A stretch of 59,529 nucleotides of DNA, filler included, from Candidatus Desantisbacteria bacterium CG1_02_49_89 (GTDB lineage: Bacteria > Desantisbacteria > UBA1551): assembly GCA_001871075.1 (NCBI GenBank). It is 6 parts of 6 records of this genome, joined end to end, with 100 filler letters (N's around TTAATTAATTAA, not from the genome) between each part and the next. Parts side by side here need not be neighbours in the genome. Positions count along the whole stretch, not along the records: positions 28,851 to 41,327 come from MNUP01000017.1; positions 41,428 to 50,168 come from MNUP01000062.1; 4 more parts are not named here. One strand, given 5' to 3'. The position numbers were made by a program, and so were the translations under genes. Shown piece by piece: positions 38,251 through 47,384 of this stretch (the stretch's first letter is position 1; the number at the start of each line of letters is the position of its first letter). The notes under the pieces are model-generated. The model saw only the letters and a program-made list of their open reading frames with translations. It was not told the DNA's origin and made no database searches.

Positions 38251-38658
38251 ATGGTATCGAGAAGGATAGTGATGAAGTTTCCCCACAGGCTCCTGGACCA
38301 GCCTATCATAAGCAACCTGGTTAAGGATTACAACCTTGAATTCAACATCCTTAAGGCGTCCGTTATGCCCAACGAGGAAGGCCTGCTCGTCCTGGAGCTT
38401 ACCGGGACGGAAAAAGATTATGAAAAGGCTTTGGAATATCTTAAAAAGACCGGCGTGAATTTACAACCTTTGAGCCAGGACATCAAGCGCAACGATAAAC
38501 GCTGCACGCACTGCGGGGCGTGCGTTACTATCTGCCCTGCGGGAGCTCTTGCGCTGGACCAGAAAACAAGGAAGGTCGATTTCCACGACGACAAGTGCAT
38601 CGTGTGCGGGCTGTGCATCAACGCCTGCCCTGTCAGGGCGATGGAGATCCACTTTTAA
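38251..38658 (+). CDS. NIL domain + 2x[4Fe-4S] ferredoxin protein
   Basis: QPIISNLVKDYNLEFNILKA; CTHCGACVTICP and CIVCGLCINACP. Confidence 0.9.
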   Translation: MVSRRIVMKFPHRLLDQPIISNLVKDYNLEFNILKASVMPNEEGLLVLELTGTEKDYEKALEYLKKTGVNLQPLSQDIKRNDKRCTHCGACVTICPAGALALDQKTRKVDFHDDKCIVCGLCINACPVRAMEIHF

Positions 38659-38749
38659 ATACAGTGTCCAGTATCCAGTGGCCAGTGTCCAGCAGAGGAT
38701 TAATCTTGTGAAAATCTTGTGAAATCGCGTGGTTAATTTTAAATTGAAA

Positions 38750-39547
38750 ATGAAACTAAGCCAAAAATATAAAAAATTAATGGATATTCTGGCGGGGATG
38801 AAGAGCGTGCTGGTGGCGTATTCCGGCGGGGTGGACAGCACACTTCTGTTGAAAGCCGCGGGAGAAACGCTCGGAGGAAACGCCCTGGCAGTGATAGCAT
38901 TCTCTTCCACGTATCCGGCTGATGAAATAAAGAAAGCCGCTGCCCTGGCAAAAAAGTCAGGCGTAAAACACGTCATAATAAACACGAGCGAGCTGAAAAA
39001 CCCGGACTTCAGGAAAAATCCCGTGAACAGATGTTACTTTTGCAAGAAAGAACTTTTTTCAAGGCTTAGCGGGATAGCGAAAAAGAACAAACTGAAATTT
39101 GTGGCTGACGGCTCAAATTCCGACGACCTGAAGGATTTCCGCCCCGGAAACAGGGCGAAGAAAGAGCTGGGAGTAAGAAGCCCGCTGCAGGAAGCAGGCC
39201 TTACCAAGAAAGACATACGCGCGCTTTCAAAGAAATTAAAACTGCCTACCTGGGACAAGCCTTCTCTTGCCTGCCTTGCCTCAAGATTCCCTTATGGCAC
39301 ATCCCTGACAGAACCCGGACTTGAAAGAGTGAATAAAGCGGAGAATTTCCTGCGCAAGCTGGGATTCACCCAGGTGCGGGTAAGGCATTACGGGGATACA
39401 GCGAGGATTGAGGTAGAACCTGACAAGATACAGTCCACGGTCCACAGTCGACAGTCCATAGTTAAAAGACTAAAGCGGATGGGGTATAAATACGTGACAG
39501 TGGACCTGGAAGGTTACAGGACAGGCAGCATGAACGAGATCTTTTAA
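38750..39547 (+). CDS. larE: ATP-dependent sulfur transferase LarE (PP-loop)
   Basis: VAYSGGVDS, RCYFCKK, DFRPG, ACLASRFPYG, QVRVRHY, GYRTGSMN. Confidence 0.92.
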   Translation: MKLSQKYKKLMDILAGMKSVLVAYSGGVDSTLLLKAAGETLGGNALAVIAFSSTYPADEIKKAAALAKKSGVKHVIINTSELKNPDFRKNPVNRCYFCKKELFSRLSGIAKKNKLKFVADGSNSDDLKDFRPGNRAKKELGVRSPLQEAGLTKKDIRALSKKLKLPTWDKPSLACLASRFPYGTSLTEPGLERVNKAENFLRKLGFTQVRVRHYGDTARIEVEPDKIQSTVHSRQSIVKRLKRMGYKYVTVDLEGYRTGSMNEIF

Positions 39548-39667
39548 CTCGTAACATCGTGTTTCGTAACATCGTTGTTCGCCAAAATTTTGACGATGTT
39601 ACTATGTTACGATGTTACGAAATAGACTGGCCAAACTGGCCAAACTGGCAAAACAGGCCAAACTAAT

Positions 39668-40843
39668 ATGAAACAAACTCGAAAAATATACCTGGATAAC
39701 GCCGCGACAACTCCCGTGCACGCGGAAGTAGTAAAGGTGATGCAGGCCTGCCTTGCGGATATTTTCGGCAATCCTTCAAGCATTCATTCTTTCGGAAGGG
39801 AAGCCAAAGAAGTGATGGAAAAGGCAAGGGACAGCGTTGCGAGCCTTCTCGGAAGCAGGAACGAGGAGATCGTTTTCACCAGCGGCGGCACAGAATCCGA
39901 TAACTCCGCGATCAAAGGTGTTGCTTTCGCGAACAAGGACAAAGGGAACCATATAATAACGTCCACGGTGGAGCACCACGCTGTGATCGAGACGTGCAGG
40001 TTCCTGGAAACGCAGGGCTTTAAGATAACTTACCTTCCTGTGGACGGCAGCGGGCTTGTGGACCCGGGCAGCGTGAAGAAAGCCGTCACTGACAAGACCG
40101 TGCTCATTTCCATAATGCACGCGAACAACGAGATAGGGACGATCGAGCCGGTTGAAGAGATCGGCAGGATAGCCCGCGAAAAAGGCATATATTTCCATAC
40201 GGATGCCGTGCAGACAGCGGGGCACATCCCAATAAATTTGAAAGAACTTCCGGTTGACCTTCTTTCGGTTTCAGCGCATAAGCTTTACGGCCCAAAGGGG
40301 ATCGGCGCTCTTTATATCCGCAAAGGCGTGAAAATGGCAGCGTTCATTCACGGCGGGGAGCAGGAGCGCAACAGACGCGCCGGCACTGAGAACATCCCCG
40401 GGATAGCAGGGTTCGGAAAAGCGGCTGAAATAGCAAAAAAGGAAATGCAGACCGAAATGAAACGGCAGGCCGCGCTCAGGGATAAAATGATAAGCGGGAT
40501 ACTGAAAAAGATAGAGAAAACCCGGTTGAACGGCCATCCAACCAGGCGCCTGCCGAACAACGTGAGCATGAGCATTGAATACGTTGAGGGAGAATCCATA
40601 CTGCTTAACCTGGACCTGGCAGGCATAGCCGCGTCATCCGGTTCAGCGTGCAGTTCAGGTTCCCTTGAGCCGTCCCACGTCCTTCTTGCAGCCGGGATCC
40701 CGCCTGAAGTCGCGCGCTGCTCGATAAGGTTCACGCTCGGAAGATATACTACAGACGGCGAGATTGAGCAAGTGTTGCAAATCCTGCCCGGAATAATAAT
40801 GAAACTGAGAAAGATGTCGCCGCTGTTTAAAGACAGTCATTAG
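39668..40843 (+). CDS. nifS: Cysteine desulfurase (NifS/IscS type)
   Basis: YLDNAATT, GNPSS, SGGTES, HTDAVQ, SAHKLYGPKG, SSGSACSS. Confidence 0.93.
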   Translation: MKQTRKIYLDNAATTPVHAEVVKVMQACLADIFGNPSSIHSFGREAKEVMEKARDSVASLLGSRNEEIVFTSGGTESDNSAIKGVAFANKDKGNHIITSTVEHHAVIETCRFLETQGFKITYLPVDGSGLVDPGSVKKAVTDKTVLISIMHANNEIGTIEPVEEIGRIAREKGIYFHTDAVQTAGHIPINLKELPVDLLSVSAHKLYGPKGIGALYIRKGVKMAAFIHGGEQERNRRAGTENIPGIAGFGKAAEIAKKEMQTEMKRQAALRDKMISGILKKIEKTRLNGHPTRRLPNNVSMSIEYVEGESILLNLDLAGIAASSGSACSSGSLEPSHVLLAAGIPPEVARCSIRFTLGRYTTDGEIEQVLQILPGIIMKLRKMSPLFKDSH

Positions 40844-40994
40844 CCTGCCCTGAACCCGAATGACATGTCCTTCGATGTCTGAAAGGCGTAGTAGGAAATG
40901 AGTGGTTCGGGGTCATGAGTCATGTGTCATTTGTTCAAAAACGTGTCAAAGTATCAGAGTGTCAAAGTATCAGAGCAAAGACAAGGAATTTTAT

Positions 40995-41043
40995 TGCCCG
41001 CCCCTTTGGGGCGAGGTCTCGCCCCGATGGACATCGGGGCGGA
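40995..41043. repeat. Double-hairpin micro-element (intergenic)
   Basis: TGCCCGCCCCTTTGGGGCGAGGTCTCGCCCCGATGGACATCGGGGCGGA; twin of 3551-3600. Confidence 0.85.
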
Positions 41044-41085
41044 TAACTCAGGGCTTCAGCCCTGATTTGAATAAAATTCCTTCAT

Positions 41086-41255
41086 CTAGTGTGATGTCAC
41101 ATAAATCCCTTGACATTTGATTCTGCTTTGAGTTGTCATTGCGAGCGACCAAAGGGAGCGTGGCAATCTCGATTTTTAGGTCGAGATTGCTTCGTCGTTA
41201 ACACTCCTCGCAATGACAGCCCAAATGTAAAGAACTGTTAGAGACACCACACTAG
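41086..41255 (+). mobile_element. MITE family A, complete copy (166-bp unit, 34-bp imperfect TIRs, CTAG target)
   Basis: CTAGTGTGATGTCACATAAATCCCTTGACATTTG ... CAAATGTAAAGAACTGTTAGAGACACCACACTAG. Confidence 0.88.
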
Positions 41256-41327
41256 TGTGGTGTCACATAAATCCCTTGACATTTGATTCTGCTTTGAGTT
41301 GTCATTGCGAGCGACCAAAGGGAGCGT
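41252..41327 (+). mobile_element. MITE family A, second tandem copy sharing the CTAG (cut by contig end)
   Basis: Repeats 41086-41161 with one mismatch. Confidence 0.85.
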
Positions 41328-41427
41328 NNNNNNNNNNNNNNNNNNNNNNNNNNNNNNNNNNNNNNNNNNNNTTAATTAATTAANNNNNNNNNNNNNNNNN
41401 NNNNNNNNNNNNNNNNNNNNNNNNNNN
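41328..41427. other. Artificial contig spacer
   Basis: N run containing TTAATTAATTAA. Confidence 0.99.
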
Positions 41428-41593
41428 AGAACCTGGAAGGTAGGTCGATTTCCGGAGCAAGAAGTAACCGTGTGTCTTATCCCCAACAAAAAGATTATTG
41501 TGTTAAAAGATGAGCAGAAAATCGGGGAATATCATTTATGAGAAAGTATACTTTTAAGGTTCCCAAAAGTATACTTTTGAATGTTGCGGAACA
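41428..41593 (+). mobile_element. Probable right end of an IS481/IS1202-like element (transposase C-terminus plus end repeats)
   Basis: ORF tail RTWKVGRFPEQEVTVCLIPNKKIIVLKDEQKIGEYHL* (to 41541), then two AAAGTATACTTTT repeats and a terminal ACA at a contig break. Confidence 0.5.
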
Positions 41594-41609
41594 TTTTTTC
41601 CTTTTTTCC

Positions 41610-41638
41610 TTGACAAAATCCTGTTTTAATGCTATAAT
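41610..41638 (+). promoter_or_regulatory. Consensus sigma70 promoter
   Basis: TTGACA-17-TATAAT with extended TG. Confidence 0.8.
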
Positions 41639-41716
41639 ATATCTCACGTTTCTTATATATAGCATATATAACAACTAAAAAGAGGAAGGCTGGCATTACC
41701 TGCCATAATACTACAT

Positions 41717-42853
41717 ATGAAGAAAGCCAATAAACAAACTGAAGAAGAACTCGGACAGCTTACTCTGTTCTGTAAAATAGCGTCTACCATTGCCTCAACC
41801 CTTGAGATCGAGAAGGTGCTTGGCCTTATAACCAGGAGCGTCTGCCAGTTGATAAACACCCAGGCGTGCACCCTCAGGCTTATAAACGAAGAAGGGAACG
41901 AGCTCACGCTCGTTTCATCCCACGGCCTGAGCCTCGAATACCAGAAAAAGGGCCCGGTCATGATAGGCGAGGGCATTGCCGGCTGCGTGCTAAAGACGGG
42001 GAAACCCGAAGCAGTGCTGGACGTGCTCAAAGACCCAAGGTATAAAACGAAGAATTTCGCGAAAAAAGCCAGCCTGAGATCACTTCTGTGCGTGCCTCTT
42101 GTTACGAAGGAAAGGACCATAGGCGTGATAAGCACCTACACGACCAGGCGGCACAGTTTCAGCGAGAAAGAACAGAAAATACTCAGCCTTTTCGCAAGCG
42201 AAGCGGCCATAGCGATAGAGAACGCGAGGCTGATGAACAAGATAAAGGAAGCGTACCTGAACACCCTCAGGTCCCTTGGCGCCATAGTCGACGCGTTCGA
42301 CTGGCACACAGAGCGGCATTCCGAGAACGTAAGGAACTACTCGATCGCGATCGGAAGAGAAATGGGGCTGGAACCGGATGATCTCAAAGCGATAGAATAT
42401 GCGGCATACATACACGACATAGGGAAGGTCGGTATCGACCTGAATATAATAAGGAAACCCGACAAGCTCAACGAGGAAGAGTGGAGGCAGATAATAAAAC
42501 ACCCTCTGCTCGGAGCTAATATAGCCGAAAGGATGGAAGTCCTGGACAACCTTGTGCCGCTCGTCCTGCACCACCACGAAAGGTTCGACGGCAAGGGCTA
42601 CCCGGACGGCCTTAAGAGCGAGGGCATCCCGATAGGCGCCAGGATACTGGCGGTAGCGGATTCATACGAGGCGATGACCGCGGACAGGCCTTACAGGAAG
42701 GCGCTCTCAAAAGAATCCGCGGTTTTAGAAATAAAAAAGAATTCCGGCATACAGTTCGATCCAAAGGTCGTAGGCGCATTTTTAAAAACGGTAAAGAATT
42801 TCAGCAAGCGCGGGTCCGAAGGACAAGAAATAACGGACCCGCAAAAACCCTGA
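41717..42853 (+). CDS. GAF + HD-GYP cyclic dinucleotide phosphodiesterase
   Basis: GAF ([22 protein letters not shown]); [36 protein letters not shown]. Confidence 0.93.
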   Translation: MKKANKQTEEELGQLTLFCKIASTIASTLEIEKVLGLITRSVCQLINTQACTLRLINEEGNELTLVSSHGLSLEYQKKGPVMIGEGIAGCVLKTGKPEAVLDVLKDPRYKTKNFAKKASLRSLLCVPLVTKERTIGVISTYTTRRHSFSEKEQKILSLFASEAAIAIENARLMNKIKEAYLNTLRSLGAIVDAFDWHTERHSENVRNYSIAIGREMGLEPDDLKAIEYAAYIHDIGKVGIDLNIIRKPDKLNEEEWRQIIKHPLLGANIAERMEVLDNLVPLVLHHHERFDGKGYPDGLKSEGIPIGARILAVADSYEAMTADRPYRKALSKESAVLEIKKNSGIQFDPKVVGAFLKTVKNFSKRGSEGQEITDPQKP

Positions 42854-42887
42854 AAAAGGGTTAATAGAACAAGGAGGTAGCAGTAGA

Positions 42888-43097
42888 ATGGCTAAAGCAA
42901 CAGGTAAGGTGAAGTGGTTCAATGAGAAGAAAGGTTATGGTTTCATTGAGCGCGATGACGGTAGTGGAGATGTGTTCGTGCATTACTCAGCGATACAGGG
43001 CGAAGGTTTTAAGAACCTGTCTGAGGGCCAGAAGGTCGAGTTCGACGTAACGGACAGCGATAAGGGACCGCAGGCCAGCAATGTCGTTAAAATTTAG
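42888..43097 (+). CDS. csp: Cold-shock protein
   Basis: [24 protein letters not shown]; strong AAGGAGG RBS. Confidence 0.96.
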   Translation: MAKATGKVKWFNEKKGYGFIERDDGSGDVFVHYSAIQGEGFKNLSEGQKVEFDVTDSDKGPQASNVVKI

Positions 43098-43158
43098 TGT
43101 TCGTATGTGAAAGAAACTGAATTTGAAAACGACGCTCCGGATAGCATCCGGGGTTTTG

Positions 43159-43199
43159 AAACCCCTCCCCCCTAAAAAGGGGAGGGGTTTTTATTTTTT
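43159..43199 (+). terminator. Intrinsic terminator
   Basis: AAACCCCTCCCC/GGGGAGGGGTTT stem plus T-rich tail. Confidence 0.85.
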
Positions 43200-43315
43200 A
43201 ACACAGATTTGCACTGATATTCACAGATAATAATTTAATTAATTTGGGTAGTTTGAGGATCTACAACTGGCCGCAGTGCTAATCAGTGGAAATCAGTGTC
43301 AAAATATCTTTTTTC

Positions 43316-43376
43316 TTGACATATGGTTGTTTTATGGTATAATAGTTGCAAATAGAAAATATTGCAAAATATGCAT
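43316..43376 (+). promoter_or_regulatory. Sigma70 promoter with putative MarR operator
   Basis: TTGACA-16-TATAAT, followed by two TTGCAA palindromes (43346, 43362) and ATGCAT around the start site. Confidence 0.6.
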
Positions 43377-43389
43377 AAAAGAGGCAAAA

Positions 43390-43848
43390 ATGAACGATGA
43401 TATAGAAGAACTGGTTAACAGGGTGGAAGCGGTTGACATGGAAATGAACGAGAGAAAGCTGCTTTCCCATTACAAAATACCTGAGGAGGTTGTTGAAACA
43501 GACCTCTCTATGAAGCAGTTGATGATCCTTCTTTCGCTTTCCATAAGCGACAATTCCACCATGGGTGAGCTGAGCGAGAAACTCGCCATGAATTTGTCGA
43601 CGCTGACAAGGGCGGTTGACAGGCTTGTGGAGGAAACGTTTGCCATAAGGCAGAACGACCCTGGTGACCGCAGGATCGTGCGGGTGAGCCTTTCTTCAAA
43701 AGCCAAAACCGTGATGGACAAGATAAAAAAGCAGAGAAGGGAACTCGTTGCTTCTTTTATGAAAGGGCTCTCGCCCGAAGACAGGATAAAGTTCGTCAGT
43801 ATGTTTGAAAACCTTATAAGATTGCTGTCCGGCTCCAAGAACAAATAA
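43390..43848 (+). CDS. MarR family transcriptional regulator
   Basis: LSMKQLMIL, MGELSEKL..NLSTLTRAVDRL, DPGDRRIVRVSLS. Start ATG 43390. Confidence 0.92.
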   Translation: MNDDIEELVNRVEAVDMEMNERKLLSHYKIPEEVVETDLSMKQLMILLSLSISDNSTMGELSEKLAMNLSTLTRAVDRLVEETFAIRQNDPGDRRIVRVSLSSKAKTVMDKIKKQRRELVASFMKGLSPEDRIKFVSMFENLIRLLSGSKNK

Positions 43849-43953
43849 CTTCGTTGTTTTCATAATGAAAACATTAAAAAGGAACTTATTTTTAATATTA
43901 AACTCCTTCATTCATAATTCATAACTCATAATTCATAATTGAAAGGAAGACCT

Positions 43954-46215
43954 ATGCTTAAGAAACTCGCGAAGGCAGTGCTGAAATACCCCGTGGTGTT
44001 CCTGGTCATAATAATAGCAATAACCGTATTTTTTCTGCAGTTCTTCCCCCGCCTGCGCATCAATTCGGACATCACCACGATGCTTCCGAGTAATTCAAAA
44101 GCCGTGGAGACAGAAAAAGAGATCGGTGAACGGTTCGGCGGCGCCAACTTCGTGATCGCGATGGTGGAAAGCGATGACATTTTTAACTCCAGGACCCTGC
44201 GCAAGATAGATGCCGTTTCCGCGGAATTCAAAGACCTTGCGGACGTTTCCGAGATCCTGGGCATAACCAGGATGGACGAGATAAAAGGCACGGAAATGGG
44301 CCTTGAGGTTAAACCCATAAGGGAAAAACTGCCGCAGACAAAAGCTGAAATAGAATCTTTCCGAAGGTACCTGCTCGGGGACAAAAGGTACAGGGGCATA
44401 TTCGTTTCGCCTGACAGCAAATACACGGTAGTGATAACCAGGCTGTCGAGCGCCGCGAATGAATCCGAGGTCGCTGAGTCCCTGGAAAAGATAATCGCGA
44501 AATACCAGGGACCGGAAAAAATATACCTTTTAGGCCCGCCTTTTATCACGAGGACCTTGCAGGGTTACCTTATCAAGGACCTTAGGATACTCCTGCCCGT
44601 AGCGGCAGGTCTAATCGTGCTGGTGCTATACTTCAGTTTCGGAACTCTCCCGGGCGTGCTGCTGCCTCTCCTCACAGTAGGGCTAAGCACCATATGGACA
44701 ATGGGGCTTATAGGATGGCTCAACGAACCACTTACATTGATAACCACGATCCTTCCTGTGATACTTTTCAGCGTTGGCACCGCTTACGCCCTGCACATCA
44801 TAGCAAGGTATGACGAGGAGATAATAAACGGACTTGAGAAAAAAGAAGCTCTTGAAAAAGCGATCTCAAGCACAGGAGTGCCCGTGTTCCTCGCCGCGAT
44901 AACCACCGTATTCGGTTTTGTTTCAAACCTGTTCACAAGCCTGCGCCCGATAAAGGTATTCGGGCTTGCTTCAGCGTTCGGAGTGGTGATCTCATTCCTG
45001 CTCGCGCTCATTTTCGTGCCCGTTATCCTGCTATGGTTCCCAAAACCCAGGATCAGGGAAAAAACCGGGAAGACCGAAGAAAGCAGGATAATGGCGGGAT
45101 TCCTGAAAGCGCTTTCCGGAATAGTTGCCAGGCGCAAAACCGCCATCGTAATAGTAATGATGTTACTAATGGCATTCATGGCAAGCGCTATACCGCGCAT
45201 TACGACCGAGAGTAATTTCGTTCAGTATTTCAAGAAAGGGAGCGGCATAAGGACCGCGCACGATATTATGGACGAGCGTTTCGGCGGCACGTTCGGTTTC
45301 GACATTGTGATAAAAGGGGACATCCTTGACCCGGCTGTGATGGGTCAGATAGAAAAGTTCGGGCAGGCGCTGGGAGGCATAGAGAACGTGAACTACCCCC
45401 AGTCCATAGCCGACGTCCTGAAGGACGCCAATAAGGCGCTCAACGAAGGTGACCCGAAATACGAGGTACTGCCGCAGACAAGGGAAGCCGCTGCCCAGAT
45501 AATGCTTCTGATGTCAATGTCCAGCTCTTCATTCCTGAACAATCTGATAACCGCGGATTACAGGGAAGCCCATATAACCGCAAGGGTTTCCAGCGTGCGC
45601 ACCAAACTTCTTAAAAAAGCGATAAAGCAGGTCCAGGAAGCAGCGGCAAAGTGTTTCGAGCCCGGGACAGAGGTTGTAGTGAGCGGCACGCCCCTGATAA
45701 TAGACGAGGTCCAGAAGCTCCTTATCTCCAACCAGTTCTCAAGCCTGATAGCCGCTTTTATAAGCGTTATCCTCATCATCACACTAATATACCGCACACC
45801 CACAAGCGGCGCATTCGCCAGCATGCCGATATTCCTGACGGTTATAATGATACTTGGCATAATGGGGTGGCTGGGTATTCCGCTTGACATGGCTAACACG
45901 ATGTGCGGCAGCATAGCGGTAGGCATAGGCATTGATTATTCCTGCCATTTCTTCGCCAGATACAAGGAGGAACGCAAGAAAGGCGCCACCCGCAGCCAGG
46001 GAGTCGAATCCGCGATAAGGTCAGTGGGCGCGCCTATCTTCTACAACGCGATAGCGGTCGGCCTGGGATTCCTGGTCCTGATGTTCTCGTCATTTGACAT
46101 GCTGGGCATGTTCGGCAAGCTCATAGCCATCGCTATGCTCTTCTCTTCCCTTGGAGCGTTTACCGTGCTGCCGGTCCTGATACTCATAAAGGGAAAGGTG
46201 AAGGGGGAGATCTAA
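43954..46215 (+). CDS. MMPL/RND-family transporter
   Basis: Two repeats of TM1 + periplasmic loop + TM bundle; SVGTAYALH, AAITTVFGF, IAVGIGIDYSCH. Confidence 0.9.
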   Translation: MLKKLAKAVLKYPVVFLVIIIAITVFFLQFFPRLRINSDITTMLPSNSKAVETEKEIGERFGGANFVIAMVESDDIFNSRTLRKIDAVSAEFKDLADVSEILGITRMDEIKGTEMGLEVKPIREKLPQTKAEIESFRRYLLGDKRYRGIFVSPDSKYTVVITRLSSAANESEVAESLEKIIAKYQGPEKIYLLGPPFITRTLQGYLIKDLRILLPVAAGLIVLVLYFSFGTLPGVLLPLLTVGLSTIWTMGLIGWLNEPLTLITTILPVILFSVGTAYALHIIARYDEEIINGLEKKEALEKAISSTGVPVFLAAITTVFGFVSNLFTSLRPIKVFGLASAFGVVISFLLALIFVPVILLWFPKPRIREKTGKTEESRIMAGFLKALSGIVARRKTAIVIVMMLLMAFMASAIPRITTESNFVQYFKKGSGIRTAHDIMDERFGGTFGFDIVIKGDILDPAVMGQIEKFGQALGGIENVNYPQSIADVLKDANKALNEGDPKYEVLPQTREAAAQIMLLMSMSSSSFLNNLITADYREAHITARVSSVRTKLLKKAIKQVQEAAAKCFEPGTEVVVSGTPLIIDEVQKLLISNQFSSLIAAFISVILIITLIYRTPTSGAFASMPIFLTVIMILGIMGWLGIPLDMANTMCGSIAVGIGIDYSCHFFARYKEERKKGATRSQGVESAIRSVGAPIFYNAIAVGLGFLVLMFSSFDMLGMFGKLIAIAMLFSSLGAFTVLPVLILIKGKVKGEI

Positions 46216-46286
46216 CTCCTTAAAACATTGCAAAAGTTAAATTGCAAATTGCAAAATGTAAAAGTTAAAACTTTCCACGAAAGCAC

Positions 46287-46338
46287 TCCGCCCGTCTTTC
46301 AGCGGGCGAGACTTCGCCAACCTAAAAGGATGGGCGAG
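46287..46338. repeat. Double-hairpin micro-element inside a CACGAAA array
   Basis: TCCGCCCG...CGGGCGAGACTTCGCC...GGCGAG, flanked by CCACGAAAGCAC and GAAACCACGAAAACACGAAA. Confidence 0.8.
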
Positions 46339-46474
46339 GAAACCACGAAAACACGAAAAAATTCAGCCACGGATTTCCACGGATTTTAACTCTGTAAACT
46401 GTGTAAACTATATAAACTCTGTAAACTTATTTACTCTGACACCTTGGCACTGTTTAAAATGTGGACTGTCGACC

Positions 46475-46528
46475 GCCCGCCCTGCGCAAAGGCAGGGCGA
46501 GGTCTCGCCCGATCTTAATCGTGGCGGA
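46475..46528. repeat. Double-hairpin micro-element inside a GTGGACT array
   Basis: GCCCGCCCTGCGCAAAGGCAGGGCGAGGTCTCGCCCGAT...ATCGTGGCGGA; inverse relative of 14675-14729. Confidence 0.8.
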
Positions 46529-46560
46529 TGGACTGTGGACTATATTAAATTGGAGGGAAC

Positions 46561-47298
46561 ATGAAAAAAATATATATTGCTATTCTTCTGGCAGGATTAT
46601 TGATGGCAGGCACAGCGGGTTTTTCAAGCGCGATGACCGCGGACGAGGTGCTGGATAAAATGGACCAGACCATGGAGCACAGTAACCAGGTAGCGGTGCT
46701 GTCCATGACCCTGACTGACAAAAAAGGAATAGTCCAGAACAGAGAGATAAAGATGTTCCAAAAAGAAGGCGGGAAAAGGCTGATAAAGTTCCTTAAGCCC
46801 GCTGACGTTAAAGGCACGGGATTCCTGTCGCTTCCGGGGGATGAAATGTATATATATATGCCTGCGCTGGGCAAGGTCAGGCGCATAGCGTCCCACGTGA
46901 AGAACCAGTCGTTCATGGGCACGGATTTTTCCTACGATGATATGGGCGGTGAGCAATACAGCGGGAGCAGTAAGACGACATCCTTTACCGAAGAAGGCGG
47001 GAAGTACCTGATAGAGGTTACCGCGGCAAAAAAAGACGCAACCTATTCAAGGCTTAAGTTAATTATAGACAAAAACACCTTTATCGCGGATAAGATAGAA
47101 TTTTTTGACAAGGCAGGAAGGCCGTTCAAGACAATGACGAACTCAAACGTGGAAAAGATAGGTGACTCCTGGGTATCTAAAGAGATCAAGATGGTAAACG
47201 TCCAGGAAGGCCACACCACAGTGCTTAAAATGACCGATATAAGCTTTGACTCCGAACTGAGCGACGATATTTTCACCCAGCGCAACCTGCAGAAATAA
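46561..47298 (+). CDS. Outer-membrane lipoprotein-sorting (LolA-like) protein
   Basis: FLKPADVKGTGFL, YMPALGKVRRI, SFMGTDFSYDDM, IFTQRNL. Confidence 0.9.
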   Translation: MKKIYIAILLAGLLMAGTAGFSSAMTADEVLDKMDQTMEHSNQVAVLSMTLTDKKGIVQNREIKMFQKEGGKRLIKFLKPADVKGTGFLSLPGDEMYIYMPALGKVRRIASHVKNQSFMGTDFSYDDMGGEQYSGSSKTTSFTEEGGKYLIEVTAAKKDATYSRLKLIIDKNTFIADKIEFFDKAGRPFKTMTNSNVEKIGDSWVSKEIKMVNVQEGHTTVLKMTDISFDSELSDDIFTQRNLQK

Positions 47299-47384
47299 CT
47301 AAGAACAGTCATTTGTCACGAGTTTAAAACCAAAAAGTATTTATCAGTGCTGCAGGATCATTAAAAGGAAATACGGAGGGAGAA

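Noticed and set aside
37036-41120. Short ORFs 37036-37284 and 40902-41120 (also 20451-20741 and 46461-46658)
   Set aside because: They are largely translations of MITE or repeat DNA, with no RBS or family signal.
41086-41327. Tandem 166-bp repeat as a CRISPR array
   Set aside because: No unique spacers, unit too long, has TIRs and CTAG ends, and no cas genes. It is a tandem MITE.
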